A stretch of DNA of 63,432 nucleotides, counting the filler, from Reticulomyxa filosa (Eukaryota > Protista > Foraminifera): assembly GCA_000512085.1 (NCBI GenBank). It is 19 parts of 19 records of this genome, joined end to end, with 100 filler letters (N's around TTAATTAATTAA, not from the genome) between each part and the next. Parts side by side here need not be neighbours in the genome. Positions count along the whole stretch, not along the records: positions 48,947 to 52,937 come from ASPP01027839.1; positions 53,038 to 54,292 come from ASPP01050537.1; positions 54,393 to 55,527 come from ASPP01049704.1; positions 55,628 to 56,701 come from ASPP01039051.1; positions 56,802 to 61,838 come from ASPP01019563.1; positions 61,939 to 63,432 come from ASPP01012366.1; 13 more parts are not named here. One strand, written 5' to 3'. Under the pieces are notes generated by a model, which saw nothing but the letters and a program-made list of their open reading frames with translations, was not told where the DNA came from and did not search any database. Below, one piece after another: positions 48,947 through 62,094 of this stretch. The stretch's first letter is position 1; the number at the start of each line of letters is the position of its first letter. The position numbers and the translations under genes are program-made.

Positions 48947-50400
48947 AAATGATATCATTAATAGAATAGGAAGAAAAAAAAAAAAAAAAAAAAATAGGAA
49001 AAACATGAAACACACATTAAAATCTGTTCCCAAATTGTGTTTAGAATCACTTTGCAAACGCATAACGACTTGTTCGGTGTCATCAAACCAACATAAATTT
49101 CCAGAAAATTCTTTCACAAGAATTGGACTTTGCTTGGCGTTGACACACGTTATCCGCGCCTGGTTTCGAGTAGGGGTGCGAACGGCCCCACAAAAACTAA
49201 CCAAAATATCACGCGAAAACGCTTTCGAATTGCTGATTTGCTGGTACAAGCTATCAAAGTGACGAGGATGGAACGCGCTTGGATGGGGCATCGACAGTCG
49301 AGTGAGGCATGACTGCACGTCTCCATGGCAATTGCGATCAATCGACACCACATAATACGACGTGTCATTCCAAAACGGAGAGCCACGACGGGTTATCTGG
49401 CCTGTTTCATACGCAATACGTCCAAATAATATCACATGCATTTTCTTCCCAATGTTGTCTTTATACACGGAATTATTCTTCATTTCATCACTTAAAAAAA
49501 AAAAAAAAAAAAATTGAGCTACGTATTCTGTGTACATAAATAACGTATACGTATACAATACAAGCATACGTATACATATATACGCATACTTATATACGTT
49601 TACTTATATATATATATATACGTAGGTATATGTATACGTACATATATAAGTATACGTTACATACTACACATATATGTACACACACACACAAAAGAATAAT
49701 AATGCATACACACATCCAACCACTCCTGCAAGGTGGCATGGTGTTTTTGTAACAACGACCACTCCCCATCTCGATAAACACGATAACTAAGTGCAAAAGG
49801 GAATGGGATGATGAACACCGACGCTTGACTTGGATCGTTAGTAACCCATTTAGGAAGATTGTTTGTGCTGTAATCTGATGCCATCGGCTCATTTTTATAG
49901 AAACGCTCTTCCACTTTTAACCGCTCGTTGATAAAGAGCTCCATGCTGTGCATGTGTGTGTAGTAATAGTCTTCGTAATACTCTTTCTTCATATTCGTCA
50001 TCTTGTTGTTTTGCTTTGGACTGGCATTCTTCATTTGCGGACCGAATCCAAAATTTACTTTTTTGGCATTGTATTTGTCTTGATACCATATTTCATACCA
50101 TTCCTTTCGCAATTCTTCGCGAAGGGCGCTTGGGATGTCATACACGTAAAACATCGGCTTTATTGACTCTGGTAGATCACATTGATAGTTACTTTGGTTA
50201 GAAATCACTTTGCGTCTTTTTCTATGGAAGGTAACGTCTGGTCGCCCTCGTGGTGTTGCAAGAACCGCACGAGAAGGCTCACCACCGGACAAACCATATA
50301 TATCACTCACGAAAATTATATTCAATATCGATGAGATAAATAATACCAACCAAGGTGTATATCTAAAGATACAGCCATAATAATATTTTTCTGCGGCCAT
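48947..50400 (-). CDS. GT47 (exostosin-family) glycosyltransferase, type II membrane, 3' truncated
   Basis: N-terminal TM segment; FYVYDIP, SMELFINERL, VTNDPSQASVFIIPF; next exon HVILFGRIAYE, SMPHPSAFHP, RDILVSFCGAVR. Confidence 0.8.
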
Positions 50401-50769
50401 TATCTTAAGGGTATATTGTTCGAGGGGGAAACTCCTTGAACGTTTTTGCGAACAGTTGCTAAGCGTCAAAAAAAAAAACAACATGCATTTAATTTTTTTT
50501 AAGTTATTAATGGTTTCTATTTTTTTGAAATGCTTTTATTTCGTAACTGCAAATAACTTTCCTGTAATAATCTGTTTCAAAAGAGAAGTTCTTTTTCTAG
50601 GGTGACTGACAGTTTCCATATTTCACAAATAGTGCAAAAAAAAAAAAAAGTTTTTAAAACCAAATGTTACAGGGAGCAAACAGTTATAAATACCGAATGA
50701 AAAAATAATGTTTTTGTATGTGATGGTTGTCGCAAATTTAGTATGCGCAAAGTCTAAAAAAAAAAAGAA

Positions 50770-51480
50770 TCAAGCATATAAATTGGCACACAGCCCGCAT
50801 ATTCCTCCAAAAAATTTTAGAACACACCAAGCCAAAATCATATGTGCCACATTATTGCTTTTGCAAGACTGGCTCAATTCTGCAAAAATGACAAATCCAA
50901 CAACAGCCCACGCACAATTAAACAGCAAATAAGTGTTGATCAAACATGCGATGCTGGAGACTTTACGTATTGATCTTTGATCATATTGTTCATAGTCATT
51001 TTGTTGTATCCTGCCTCCCTCTGGTATCATCACCGCGCTATAATTTTTTCCATTACATATTTTTTCACAAAACAAAAGAAATAATTATATACCCTCTTTT
51101 TCACTTCAATTTTTTTAAATACCCCCCCCTCCTCCCCCTTTTTTTTTTTCCAGATTTTTTTTTTTTAATTGGTCGACGAAGACAAAAAATTATATGACGC
51201 AGTTTTAGTATATGGAATATTCCACTTTGAAAAAGAGAAAAGCTGCTTACCATATTGCCAAAAGAATGACCAATACACAACCCATACTTGCAATGGAACC
51301 GATTTCAAGAAATGTATTGGGATGAATAAGTGTTTGACTGCGGTCGTAAGAACAGTATTCACCGATTGGTTTTTCATAGGCTAGGATGGCTGCGGCTATG
51401 TCTGCTGCACAGACAAAGGCCATGCAGCATACTGAGCCACAGCAAAGGAAACAACTACCAATTGCCTCTTCGCTATCCAT
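50770..51480 (-). CDS. Small Cys-rich four-TM membrane protein
   Basis: Intron 51038-51250 (GTAAG...TAG) joins ORFs 51247-51480 and 50770-51075 in frame; four hydrophobic helices. Confidence 0.7.
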
Positions 51481-51919
51481 ATATTGCTAGCTTGACGGAA
51501 TTGTGTTGCTCAATAATTTTGTTGGTGTGTTAACATTACTATCATTAACAATTTGAAAAAACTCAATACTTTAACCCGAACAACACTAACACTTGAAAAG
51601 TTTCGGACGGAATGATTGTTAGTTTGTTTTAAATACTTTTTTGTTCCTTTTTTGCTTTCACAGGTTTTTTTACGGACAGGAAAAGCTGTGAACAGAATCG
51701 TTTTTGTAAACTTTTGGGGATCTATTTTCATTTTTCGAGATTAATATCAGCTCAAAAGTTCGTGAGTTTTAGAATAGGAATTCTACAGATATTGTTACAC
51801 CTAAAATAAAAATAATTATATTTTTGTACCATAGTGGCAAAAACAAGGACAAAATAACTTTTAAGCTGTCGTCGTGCAAACCCCCGTTCCTGTTACTTTT
51901 TAAAAAACTCATTGAAGAA

Positions 51920-52463
51920 ATGGACGATTTTATGAATCTTTTAGCATTATGTTTTGTTATGTTCATATTATCATTTGTTATTGGCTATTTGCCAATGATA
52001 ATCCAATTCAGTGAGAAGAAGTTGGAAAGCCTGTCAATAACAGGAGCAGGTTTTCTGCTTGGAACAGCGATGATAGTGATTGTTCCAGAAGGATTGGAAA
52101 TGCTGATAGAAGCAGGAAACGTGTCAAAGGAGATGGAGCAGATGAACTCAGCGGTCAACATGTTGACAATGTCAAATTCCGTGCGCCACCTGTCATTTGA
52201 GGCATTAGGAATAAACGAAGGGCAAATAATCAATGCAAACCAAGATAAGGATCACAGCGAGTCGCAGTCTCTAGAGCAGTCCTCAGATCACAGTCATGAT
52301 CACCACCACGAGTATGATCATGAGCATGACCCCCTTTTGCATGGCATGCTCAAGCGAACAGGGCTGTCTATTTGTATTGGTATGTGTTTAAAAATACAAT
52401 TACATATACATATATAAGTAATTTTTTTTTTTTTTTGCAAAAGGATACAAAAAATTTCGGGGG

Positions 52464-52494
<31 letters not shown>

Positions 52495-52937
52495 CAACCT
52501 TTTTTTTAAAAAAGGGTTTATGTTCATGATGGTAATTGAAAAACTGTCCCATGGTTTTGGAGGAGATTCTCACAGTGAAATGCACGGCCATGGTCACAGC
52601 CACAGCCACGGTCACGGTCACGGTCACGGTCATGCCCACGAACACGACAAGTTTGTAGGACTAAACGACAAAGTGACCTCTGGCGAGTTAGACCGAGACA
52701 AGTTATCACCGAACAGCAGCTCGAAGAACATTGCCGTGTCGATTGGCAATGCGACCAACGTCAGCAGCAGCACCGTGGTCAGTCGCACGGCGATTTCAAA
52801 AGGACAATCGTCTATTGGCGGCGCGGGTGGTGGTGGTGGTGGTGGTGGTGGTGGTGCCACCGGCACTGCGATGACAACGGCAACCACGGCAGCAGCGGCG
52901 GCCGCCGCCGCAGCCGCAGCAGCAGTAGCAGCATCCG
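51920..52937 (+). CDS. SLC39A9: ZIP9-like zinc transporter, 5' part
   Basis: MDDFMNLLALCFVMFILSFVIGYLPMIIQFSEKKLESLSITGAGFLLGTAMIVIVPEG closely parallels the ZIP9 N-terminus; His-rich loops; G|FMFMMVIEKL after an intron. Confidence 0.85.
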
Positions 52938-53037
52938 NNNNNNNNNNNNNNNNNNNNNNNNNNNNNNNNNNNNNNNNNNNNTTAATTAATTAANNNNNNN
53001 NNNNNNNNNNNNNNNNNNNNNNNNNNNNNNNNNNNNN

Positions 53038-54181
53038 TTACCGTAAAGAGATTTAAAATTTATCTTCTTTTTATTATATGCACTTATTGTATCTCTCAAG
53101 ATCATTTCTATATTTCTTATCCATTTACTAATAAATGTTCGCAATCCATGTAAGCGTCGTTGTTGCGATTGTTCAATTTCAGATGCTACTTCTTCCCTGT
53201 TTTTTTAAATATGTGTGTATACGTTACCATTTAAAAAAATGTATTTATTTTAGTTACTTCTTAAAAAAAAAAAAAAAAATACCGTAATTTTTCACATGAA
53301 CCAACAAGATCCTTCCATTCATTTTTGAGAGGATTAATCTCGTCAATTATATCACTCCATTGAGATATTGGATTAATCAATTTTTTCATCTTTATTTCCC
53401 ATTTAGTGATTACATCAAGTATTTGTTCCGTTTTACGATGAATTTTTTCTTTATCTGTACCATTTTTTTGTTCTTCTTCTTCAATTTGTCTACGCAATTT
53501 CATCACATTGACTTGCAAACTTCGGGTTTCCATATGTGCTTGATCAATTCCTGTTTTAATCTTTGATAATTCTTTTATAAATTGTGATTTCCATTCCAAA
53601 GTATTTTTCTTTACTTTAATAAAGTCATTTTTTAGCTTTTCATACTTTTTTCCGCGCTCTTTCTCCTTTAACGAGCTTATTCGACTACATTCCAATTTAT
53701 CAATTATTATCGTACATTTTCTTATTAATACGTCAAATGTGTTCCAATCTTTTTGTATTTCTTCCCAAATTTTTGATGCATCTTCAATATCTTTGTTTTT
53801 ATTTACGGTATTCTTTAATTTATTAAAAGCATTCCATGCATTTGTTTTGTCTTTTTTGATGTCATAATCATCATCGTCAGAATCATAATAATCTCTTTCG
53901 ACATTATAATCATCTCTTTCAATGTCATAATCATCATCACTTTCGATGTCAGAATCATCATCACTTTCGATGTCAGAATCATCTTCTCTTTCGACGTTAT
54001 AATCATTATTATTATCTCTTTCGATGTTAAAATAATTTTCATCTATTTTGAGGTTACAATAATCTCTTTTGCCATAATAATCTCTTTTACCATAATAATA
54101 ATCTCTTTCGACGTCATAGCTACCATCATCATCATCATCATCATCTCTTTGTCTGCCCTTCTTCAAACTTGATCCCATCAC
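53038..54181 (-). CDS. Hypothetical protein with an Asp/Tyr tandem-repeat N-terminus and a coiled coil, 3' truncated
   Basis: ORF 53261-54181 followed by an intron and a further exon (EEVASEIEQSQQRRL). Confidence 0.55.
53855..54145 (-). repeat. Imperfect 21-27-bp coding minisatellite (YDVERD / YYGKRD / SDIESDD units)
   Basis: Recurring plus-strand units ATAATCTCTTTCGAC and ATCATCATCACTTTCGATGTC. Confidence 0.8.
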
Positions 54182-55043
54182 TTCAACGCAGATTTTTCTA
54201 AACTAGTAGTTGTTTTTATCAACCCAACACAAACCGATCTCAAGTTCAAAAAAGAAAACAAAACTAACTTTATCCTATGGCAAAAAAAAAGANNNNNNNN
54301 NNNNNNNNNNNNNNNNNNNNNNNNNNNNNNNNNNNNTTAATTAATTAANNNNNNNNNNNNNNNNNNNNNNNNNNNNNNNNNNNNNNNNNNNNCAATATTG
54401 TTATTTTATCCAGCGATGGCTCTGATCATGATTCCTAACCAAAAAAAGAATAATACGTAAGTTGATTACATCTATTAATTTTGTAACAACATGACGGATC
54501 AAAGAACTCCAAAAGTTGTATCAGCTTTTTATTCTCCTTATTGTTTATCGGGGATAACAAAAAATCACTAAAAAAAAAAATTGTAAAACAAAAAGACATA
54601 CATTCTTTTTTCCCCAAATCAAATTAAATACGTTTTTGCGACACCATTGTTGCGCGCATAACCGCACTTCAAAAAATTCTCTTTTCACATTTTTAAAAAG
54701 CTCCGAAAGGCAAAGCGCAAGAAATTAGGACATAATTTCAAAAAAAAATAGTGAAATAAACACAAATCTGTGGATAAGAGCAAGTAGACCTTCAAAACAT
54801 TTAATACATTACAATCGCCAACGAGTTAATGCAAAATTTGTAAATTTTTTTACTAGAAAGAAGTTATACGTTTTTTAAACTTTTTTGCTCAGAAATTAAA
54901 ATTTTTGTTTTGACATGCAAATATAACAAATTTTTTCTTTGTCAAACGAACAGTTTTTGCAACGACAATCTTCCGATTTGCTTTTGATAACATTTCGGTA
55001 AAAAATAGTAAAGAACAAAAAAAAAGGATAACCTAAGGTTATC

Positions 55044-55430
55044 TCAGATAGACAGGCCAGTAATCAGTAAACACTCGTCAATGATTGTGAGAAACCATTT
55101 ATTCCCCAATCCCAGCTGTACCTCGACCCCCACGTCTCTTATACCTAAATACACTAGGTGTTCAGCTACACCGTTAACAGTATAGTGTAGGTTATCCGCA
55201 CTACTTTCCAGCAAGTATTTTTTTAATATTCGTCGATATGTATTTGTATCTGCCATTGGATTTAACTCGCTCTGATCACCTTTTGTGTTGTCATTTCCAT
55301 TATCAAGCATCCACGCCAAATCAGCGGTCAAATCCAACTGCTGGTCATTTTTGTCTGTGTCTTCGATATCTTATAAAAATCGGAGCCAATCAGAAACTTT
55401 GTCCCCAACACGGATTCGATTGGTAGTTAG
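55044..55430 (-). pseudogene. Hypothetical gene fragment with an in-frame stop
   Basis: GDKVSDWLRFL*DIEDTDKNDQQLDLTADLAWML...; TAA at 55371-55373. Confidence 0.3.
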
Positions 55431-55627
55431 TCTATTGAGTACAGATATTGTATATCTCTTCGACCACTGTTTTTACTTAGTTGATTTATTAAAATGAAAA
55501 GTTTCTCAGCATTCTTTTCAAAAGTGTNNNNNNNNNNNNNNNNNNNNNNNNNNNNNNNNNNNNNNNNNNNNTTAATTAATTAANNNNNNNNNNNNNNNNN
55601 NNNNNNNNNNNNNNNNNNNNNNNNNNN

Positions 55628-56701
55628 TTGGGTTTTACCAATACTAAACATGTACTAGCGTACTGATTATTTAAGTCGTACGTGCCACGGCTGCCATAGT
55701 TTATTTCCGCTTTGCTAAAACGTTTGGAATCGCGTAATGTTTGATTTTTGTTTACATATGCTACATAGATTGGACAGTCGTCTTCAAGGTCCATGTCAGT
55801 CCTATGAAGCCACTTTGGGGTTGTACAATAATTTTCTAATTAACATTATTTAGATGGAGGAGAGGTAGAATACAAAGTTTAAGTATACATTTAGAAATAA
55901 AGAAAATGTTTGTAGCGAACTTTCTCCCAAAATAATATTCCAGTTACAACGTGTATCCGTTTCGATCCATTCTTCGGTAACCCTGCCTAATTAATCCAAA
56001 CATACATCAATTCATTGACATAAACACAATGAAACAACTTCAGCCAATAAAAAAAACAAACAAACAAAAAGTACCTTCAAGATCGTCATTATCGTGATCA
56101 GAATTAAATTCATTACTCCATTCGCCAATTACTGCGTTAATTTTGCAACAGGTTACAAAAGAATTGAACACTTGGCTCAATATTGTGTAAATGGCGACAT
56201 CACGTCCTTTTAAATTTGCGCGAGTGAATTCACCTTCTTCCATCTTGTGTCCAATGTAGCAATGAGAGAACACCACGCACACTGTTCTGTTTCCAAACGT
56301 GTTGTACTTATTATACACATTTCCGGACAGCAGTCTTTTAATTTCTTCAATGACTCGATAGTCATTTGCCATTGTAATGACCAAATCTACGATTACTTGA
56401 TTGAGATCTAGTTTAAATAGCCCTTGTACGCATTGTACTAATGTTTCAGCAACCTTTGTTCAATTCAGTGAGTGTTATAAATTTGTTTTTAACTTTACAA
56501 AGTAAAAAAAAAAATCATCAAAACTCGTTTGTCGTTCAAAGACATCAATGACGTTTCAATATTTTGAGTATCTTTAAAGTACTTGAGATCATCTTGGAAC
56601 TATGTAGGAATAATCAAATTGAAAGCAATCATAACGCATCGTCCTTTGGTGACAGTCTTAATTTCGTAAGAAATGTCGGTGTAAAATGCCAGCCAATCCA
56701 T
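55628..56701 (-). pseudogene. 2OG-Fe(II) oxygenase-family gene fragment, degenerate
   Basis: DWLAFYTDISYEIKTVTKGRCVMIAFNL matches W-x-AFY-x-D-x-x-HEV-x-x-V-x-x-G-x-R-x-x-L-x-YNL with His to Tyr and Arg to Cys; in-frame TAG at 56600-56602; downstream HCY...LKGRD block. Confidence 0.6.
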
Positions 56702-56801
56702 NNNNNNNNNNNNNNNNNNNNNNNNNNNNNNNNNNNNNNNNNNNNTTAATTAATTAANNNNNNNNNNNNNNNNNNNNNNNNNNNNNNNNNNNNNNNNNNN
56801 N

Positions 56802-58276
56802 AAAAAAAAAAAAAAACAAATAGACAAGATGAACTTGATCGATGGTTTCCCCAATAACATCCTCGATCAATACCCTCTCTACCAAGGGCCATGAATCGTT
56901 TTGTGGAAGGCTTATGTGCCATGATTCCACAGAAATTCGCAGGACTACGTAATGACCCACCGATATCGCCTCCAATTGCGACGGGGGCTCCTTTTGCGCA
57001 TATCAGACTTGCGTCACCGCCACTTGACCCTCCAGGCGTTCGCTTCACGTCAAATGGATTTAATGTGTCTCCAATGATATGATTCCACGTTTCAGGGAGC
57101 ATATAACACTAGCACGAATGGTTGCAAAAAAATAAATAAATAAATGAATAAATTACAAACAGACAAAGTATGTTTCGATCAGTCACAAGTTCTACATTTG
57201 TCTTCTCTGTTATTAGGAGAAAAATAACTTGTGGGACGTTTGTCTTGACAAATGGAATAGCTCCGGCTTCTTGCAAAAGACTGACCAGTTCTCCATTCCA
57301 CTGTCTCAATCTTCCACATTTCGACAACATTCCTTATCAACGCAAACATTTAAAAAAAAAAAATAAAAAATTATTCGTCCATCCCATCAGCCTCTCTCTC
57401 TCTCTCTCTCTTTACAAAAATATGTTCTTACCTCCAGTGCAGTCAGAGTTCTATTTCGACACAAACAAAACTTGTCAATGTTTTATTTTTTTTTTTTTTT
57501 TTTTGCTCGATAAGCAAAACCAAGAAAAAGGAAACAAACCTTCATGATGTAGCAATCTTTAACAGACAATGGGATACCCAACAAAGGCTTTGAGTCCACA
57601 AATTTTTCAAAGTGCTCTTTTCCTTCTTTTCTTTTCTCTTTTGTGTTTACAGTTTTGTTTATCATTTTCACGGTAATGTCGCTTCGACACTCGGGACAAA
57701 CAAACACAAGGCAAAAACAAAACAAACAAACAAAAAAAAAAGACTAAAACGCGCTAAAATATTGTCGAGATCGACTGCAATTGCAAAGGCTTGATCATAG
57801 TGCTCTTCCAACAGACAATTGAAATCTTTGTGACAGCGTTGCGCTTGGCGAACAAAGGTTAAAAGCACTTGTTGACAAGTGTATTCTCCATTCAAAATTT
57901 TATTGCGAAGTTCAACACCTGACAGGTTCAACAACTATATCCCAATTCATCACGTACGAATAAAATATGCAAAAAAAAAAAAAAAGAGGTTTTCTTGCCC
58001 CCCCCCTTTTTTAAATGATACATCACTGAGAAAAAAAATTTACCCGATCGTCTGTGGAAACTTTTGAATCTAAACATGCATGCTTCTTTTCTTCAAATTC
58101 TTTTTTTTTTCTTTCTCCACGCTTTTTCAGCTCTTGGAAGCGTCGGTACTTCAATATCGAACTTATCATTTTTGAACCGACACAGAATAACACCACACCG
58201 CTCCCACTTTTTTTTTGTTTTCAGATATCCATTTTCCCGCTTCAGCCAAGTTTATATTTGCAAGAGGAAGACTCAT
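56802..58276 (-). CDS. Amidase-signature enzyme (FAAH-like), multi-exon, 3' truncated
   Basis: KPLLGIPLSVKD (catalytic Lys), GAIPFVKTNVPQ, NPFDVKRTPGGSSGG and GGDIGGSLRSPANFCG (Ser-Ser-Lys triad). Confidence 0.9.
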
Positions 58277-59458
58277 CTTGGCGCTTCCAAATGGCTATAT
58301 ACCTCCTTTATGAAATATTGTCCTTAAATTAGTAAGGGTGAATCTAAAGAACTTTCAGCCGACACAGCCACAGAGCAAGTCCAGCTTGTAATTTTTTTTA
58401 TTATTTATGTTCTCATGGCTACGTATCCAGTTTTAACATATTCATCAAGTTTTGTAACTCTTACCTTTCGAAAATTGATAAAATAATTGCGCATGCAATC
58501 TTAAAGAGACTAGCAAATATTTTGCTCACACGCTACAAATAGTTATCGACCAAACAGCCTTTTTGAAATTGTTGTAAACCAATTTATCAATACACTTAGA
58601 AAATTTCTAGTAAAACTTCAAAGCTGACTGACAATGTCAGAATTGTAAGTGTATGTATTCTTGATTTTTAATAATTATTCATATGGTTTTCCAATTTTTT
58701 TTTAAGATCTCGCGATAATTTGATAATAGTCCTTTGATTAACTGTGACGTTCGATTGCTTTGCAAATGTAAATAATACTTTGGAAGCTTTTCCAGTTATA
58801 CTATTTGTCTTACTTGTTAGCTCAGTTGCAATCTTAATCTGATATTTCGATATCGAATTTGATGTAATGAAATATATTGGTTTCACAATGTTTCCAACAA
58901 GTTTTCACTTGAAAAGTGTCTAATAGTCACTACTGTCTGATTTATATGTTTTATATATAGTATTAAGTGTAAATCACAAGTGAATAATTTAACAAATTAA
59001 TTGATGCAAATATTATTATCTTATGTTCTACATACACTGAAATTTGTACATAATTCAAATTTTTTATTTCTAATTGTATTATTTCGAATGATTATTAGTA
59101 CATAAATCAAAACAATCTTGTTATCAAATAATTCTAAGCGTGGTTTACAGTCTATACAAGACAAAGGTCACTTTAATATCTTTTTCATACGATAATTGGA
59201 TCTATAATAAAAGTGAAAATCTCGTTTTTTGATCGAAAATTTCTAAGAAAAAATACAAATGATACTTTTCTGTTATTCTTAAATATATTTTAGTCGATAT
59301 TCACGCACTGATCTAATACTATCTCTTAATAATCATCGAGTAACAAAAGTATATATTTGCCTCAAAAAGGCGTATTGTTGGAATTGATTAAAAAAACAAC
59401 TCAGTTCTCAAGACAACCAAAGAGAAAAACAAGAGCAAACAAGCCCAAAAAAAAATGG

Positions 59459-61838
59459 TTACTCTTCAGTGAGTTTCCCACCGGTAACATTTTGTTTTTT
59501 TTGCAAGGAAAATTTTTTCATGGAAGGTGTCATAGAAGGTGTTCTAGCCAAATAGACAAAACTCTCACGAATGATTTGTGTTAACTTTTCACCCAGCTTA
59601 TTTTCCATTTCTTTTTGTTTCAAATTGATATTTACACTCGAGGAAATATTTTGAATGGATTCAGTTTTCCACCATTGGTGATAATGTTGATACAAATCAC
59701 CTAATAATTCGCAGTCTTTTTTGGAGACTTTGCTTAGCAATCCTTTTAATTCTTCTTTGTTTTGTTCTAGCAATGATTGTTGTTTTACTAGCCATTCCTC
59801 CTCTTCCATCTCTATCGTCATCATCTCCACTCATCAACTCCGATCTTTTTTCTGTCGGCTGTTTTTGTGGTTGAGTCTTTTTCTCTTCTTCCAAGTTGTC
59901 GTGGCCTCCAGTTTTCTCCGCCAATATTTCCAATGACATTTCACGGCATTTGTGCATTGCATACAAAAACTGTTCCATTGCAGTGTGTGCCTTCAAAGTG
60001 GCTTTTAACATTGAGTCTTCGTGTCGATGTTGTTCCGCTTGCAATATCATCTTATTTAATTTTGGTAAGTTTTTTTTTTTTAAAAAAAAAAGTAGAGGAA
60101 CACCATGCAAAGGATATAATAGATAATAGCAAAGAAAAAAAAAAAAAGAACAAACATTGTCAATTTCTTCTTGGGTGAGTCGTCCTTTTTCATTGGTGAT
60201 GACAATGGAATTGGAAATTTTGCTCGTTTCATCGACGGCCGACACATGCAATATCCCATTTTCATCCACTGCAAATGTGACCAAAATTTTGGGAACACCT
60301 CGAGGTTGCTTTGGTATTTTGCGTAATTGAAATCTTCCTAAAAGATGGTTATCGCTCGTTCGTGGCCGTTCACCTTCATATACTTGAATTACCACCTCTT
60401 TTATGTATGTATATATATATATATATAGTATATATATTTATCATTATTATTATTATATTATTGTTATTATTGCTATTATTTTTATCTTCTTCCTCCTCCA
60501 ACATCTCTCTCTGTCCTTCCTAATTTTACAAGCATTATATTCATCCATATGTTTTGAAATGAAACATGATACTTGTTTGATTGTCATGAAAAGTGCTGAA
60601 ATAGTCAGTGACTTTGGTAGGAATCGGGGTATTTCTCGGGATGATAACGTTCATTTCTCCGCCGGCGATTTCGACTCCCAGCGACAGAGGAGTGACATCC
60701 AAGAGCAGCAGATTTTTGGTTTCTTCGGTGGACGCTTGTCCAGACAAAATGGCGCCTTGGATGGCGGCGCCGTACGCGACAGCTTCTTCGGGGTCGATGC
60801 TCGTGCAAGGATCTCGTCCGTTGAAGAACTCTTTGATCATTTCCTGGATCTTTGGGATGCGTGTGGACCCACCGACCAACACGACGTCATCGATTTCCTC
60901 GCGAGAGATCTTCGAGTCGCGCAGCACTTGTCCACCGGGTCGAAGCAATAGCGGAACAAGTGTCCACACAACTGCTCAAACGTGCTTCTCGTTATCGTCA
61001 GCTCAAAGTCGATTCCGTCCGCCAAACTCGACACCGTGATCACCGCCTCTGTCTTTGACGATAGCACGCGCTTCGCTTGCTCACACTCTGTCCGCAGTCT
61101 GCGTACGGCCGTCGGGTTTTCCGTTACCAATGTCGCATCTTTCGAATGCGTTTTTGCAAATTGTTGGCAGCAATAATCCACCTTTTTCATTTACATATAC
61201 ACATATATAAACATATATGTATACGTATACGTTATAGAATGAAAATAAAACAAAACAAAACATAGAGCAAAAAGATTGTTACCAAAATGTTATCAAAATC
61301 TTCCCCACCTAAGTGAGTATCTCCGGCTGTTGCTTTCACTGTAGCAAATATAAACAAAACCATGTCCCACAACACGAGGCAATATGTATGTTTTTCATGC
61401 AATTGTAATAACAGCAAATGAATTATACAAATTGGAATGCCCAAAATTTGGGAGAAAAGAGAGAGTGTAAAAAAAAAAAAAAAAACAACACCTTCAAAAA
61501 ATAACATACCAATACTCAACAAGGACACGTCCAAAGTCCCGCCGCCCAAATCAAACACCAACACTTTGCGTTCATTGGACTGCTCGTTGTCGGATGTCTC
61601 GGGCGAAGAGTTGGAGCTTCGAACGGATAGACGCGATTTCATTCCTTTTTTTTTGTCCAGTCCATACGCGATTGCTGCTGCCGTGGGTTCATTGATCACT
61701 CGCAGCACATTTAGTCCTGATATTGTGCCTGCATCTTTTGTTGCCTTTTTTATATTTATTTATGCATTGTGTATATCATTAAAATTACTATTAATTTTTT
61801 TTTTTTTTTTTTTTTATCAAAAAAAAAAAAAAAAAAAA
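59459..61838 (-). CDS. HSP70: Divergent cytosolic-type Hsp70, 5' truncated, multi-exon
   Basis: [70 protein letters not shown]; one-base shift near 60930; ends KLTEE* rather than EEVD. Confidence 0.92.
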
Positions 61839-61938
61839 NNNNNNNNNNNNNNNNNNNNNNNNNNNNNNNNNNNNNNNNNNNNTTAATTAATTAANNNNNN
61901 NNNNNNNNNNNNNNNNNNNNNNNNNNNNNNNNNNNNNN

Positions 61939-61976
<38 letters not shown>

Positions 61977-62094
61977 ATGTGGTATACGTCCATAAAATGG
62001 CTGCTTGCAAAATATATATACATATATGTATATGTATATATACAAATATGCATATATGACAAATGATAAAGTAAAATAAAACAAAAAAAATGAA

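Noticed and set aside
10233-56602. TAA/TAG reassigned to Gln
   Set aside because: In-frame stops occur only in loci with other lesions (one replaces the Tyr of tubulin EPYN), while intact genes such as hemE, VPS9, the WD40 fragment and pseudo-caspase-TPR end normally in TAA.
61340-61510. Apparent six-residue deletion or hydrophobic insertion in the Hsp70 ATPase domain
   Set aside because: Using the downstream donor GAAG|GTGTTG gives [17 protein letters not shown], which is the normal length.
8049-61938. TTAATTAATTAA repeated 18 times (possible CRISPR, telomere or elimination signal)
   Set aside because: It is always centred in an exact 100-nt N-padded block and puts stops in six frames, so it is an artificial contig joiner.
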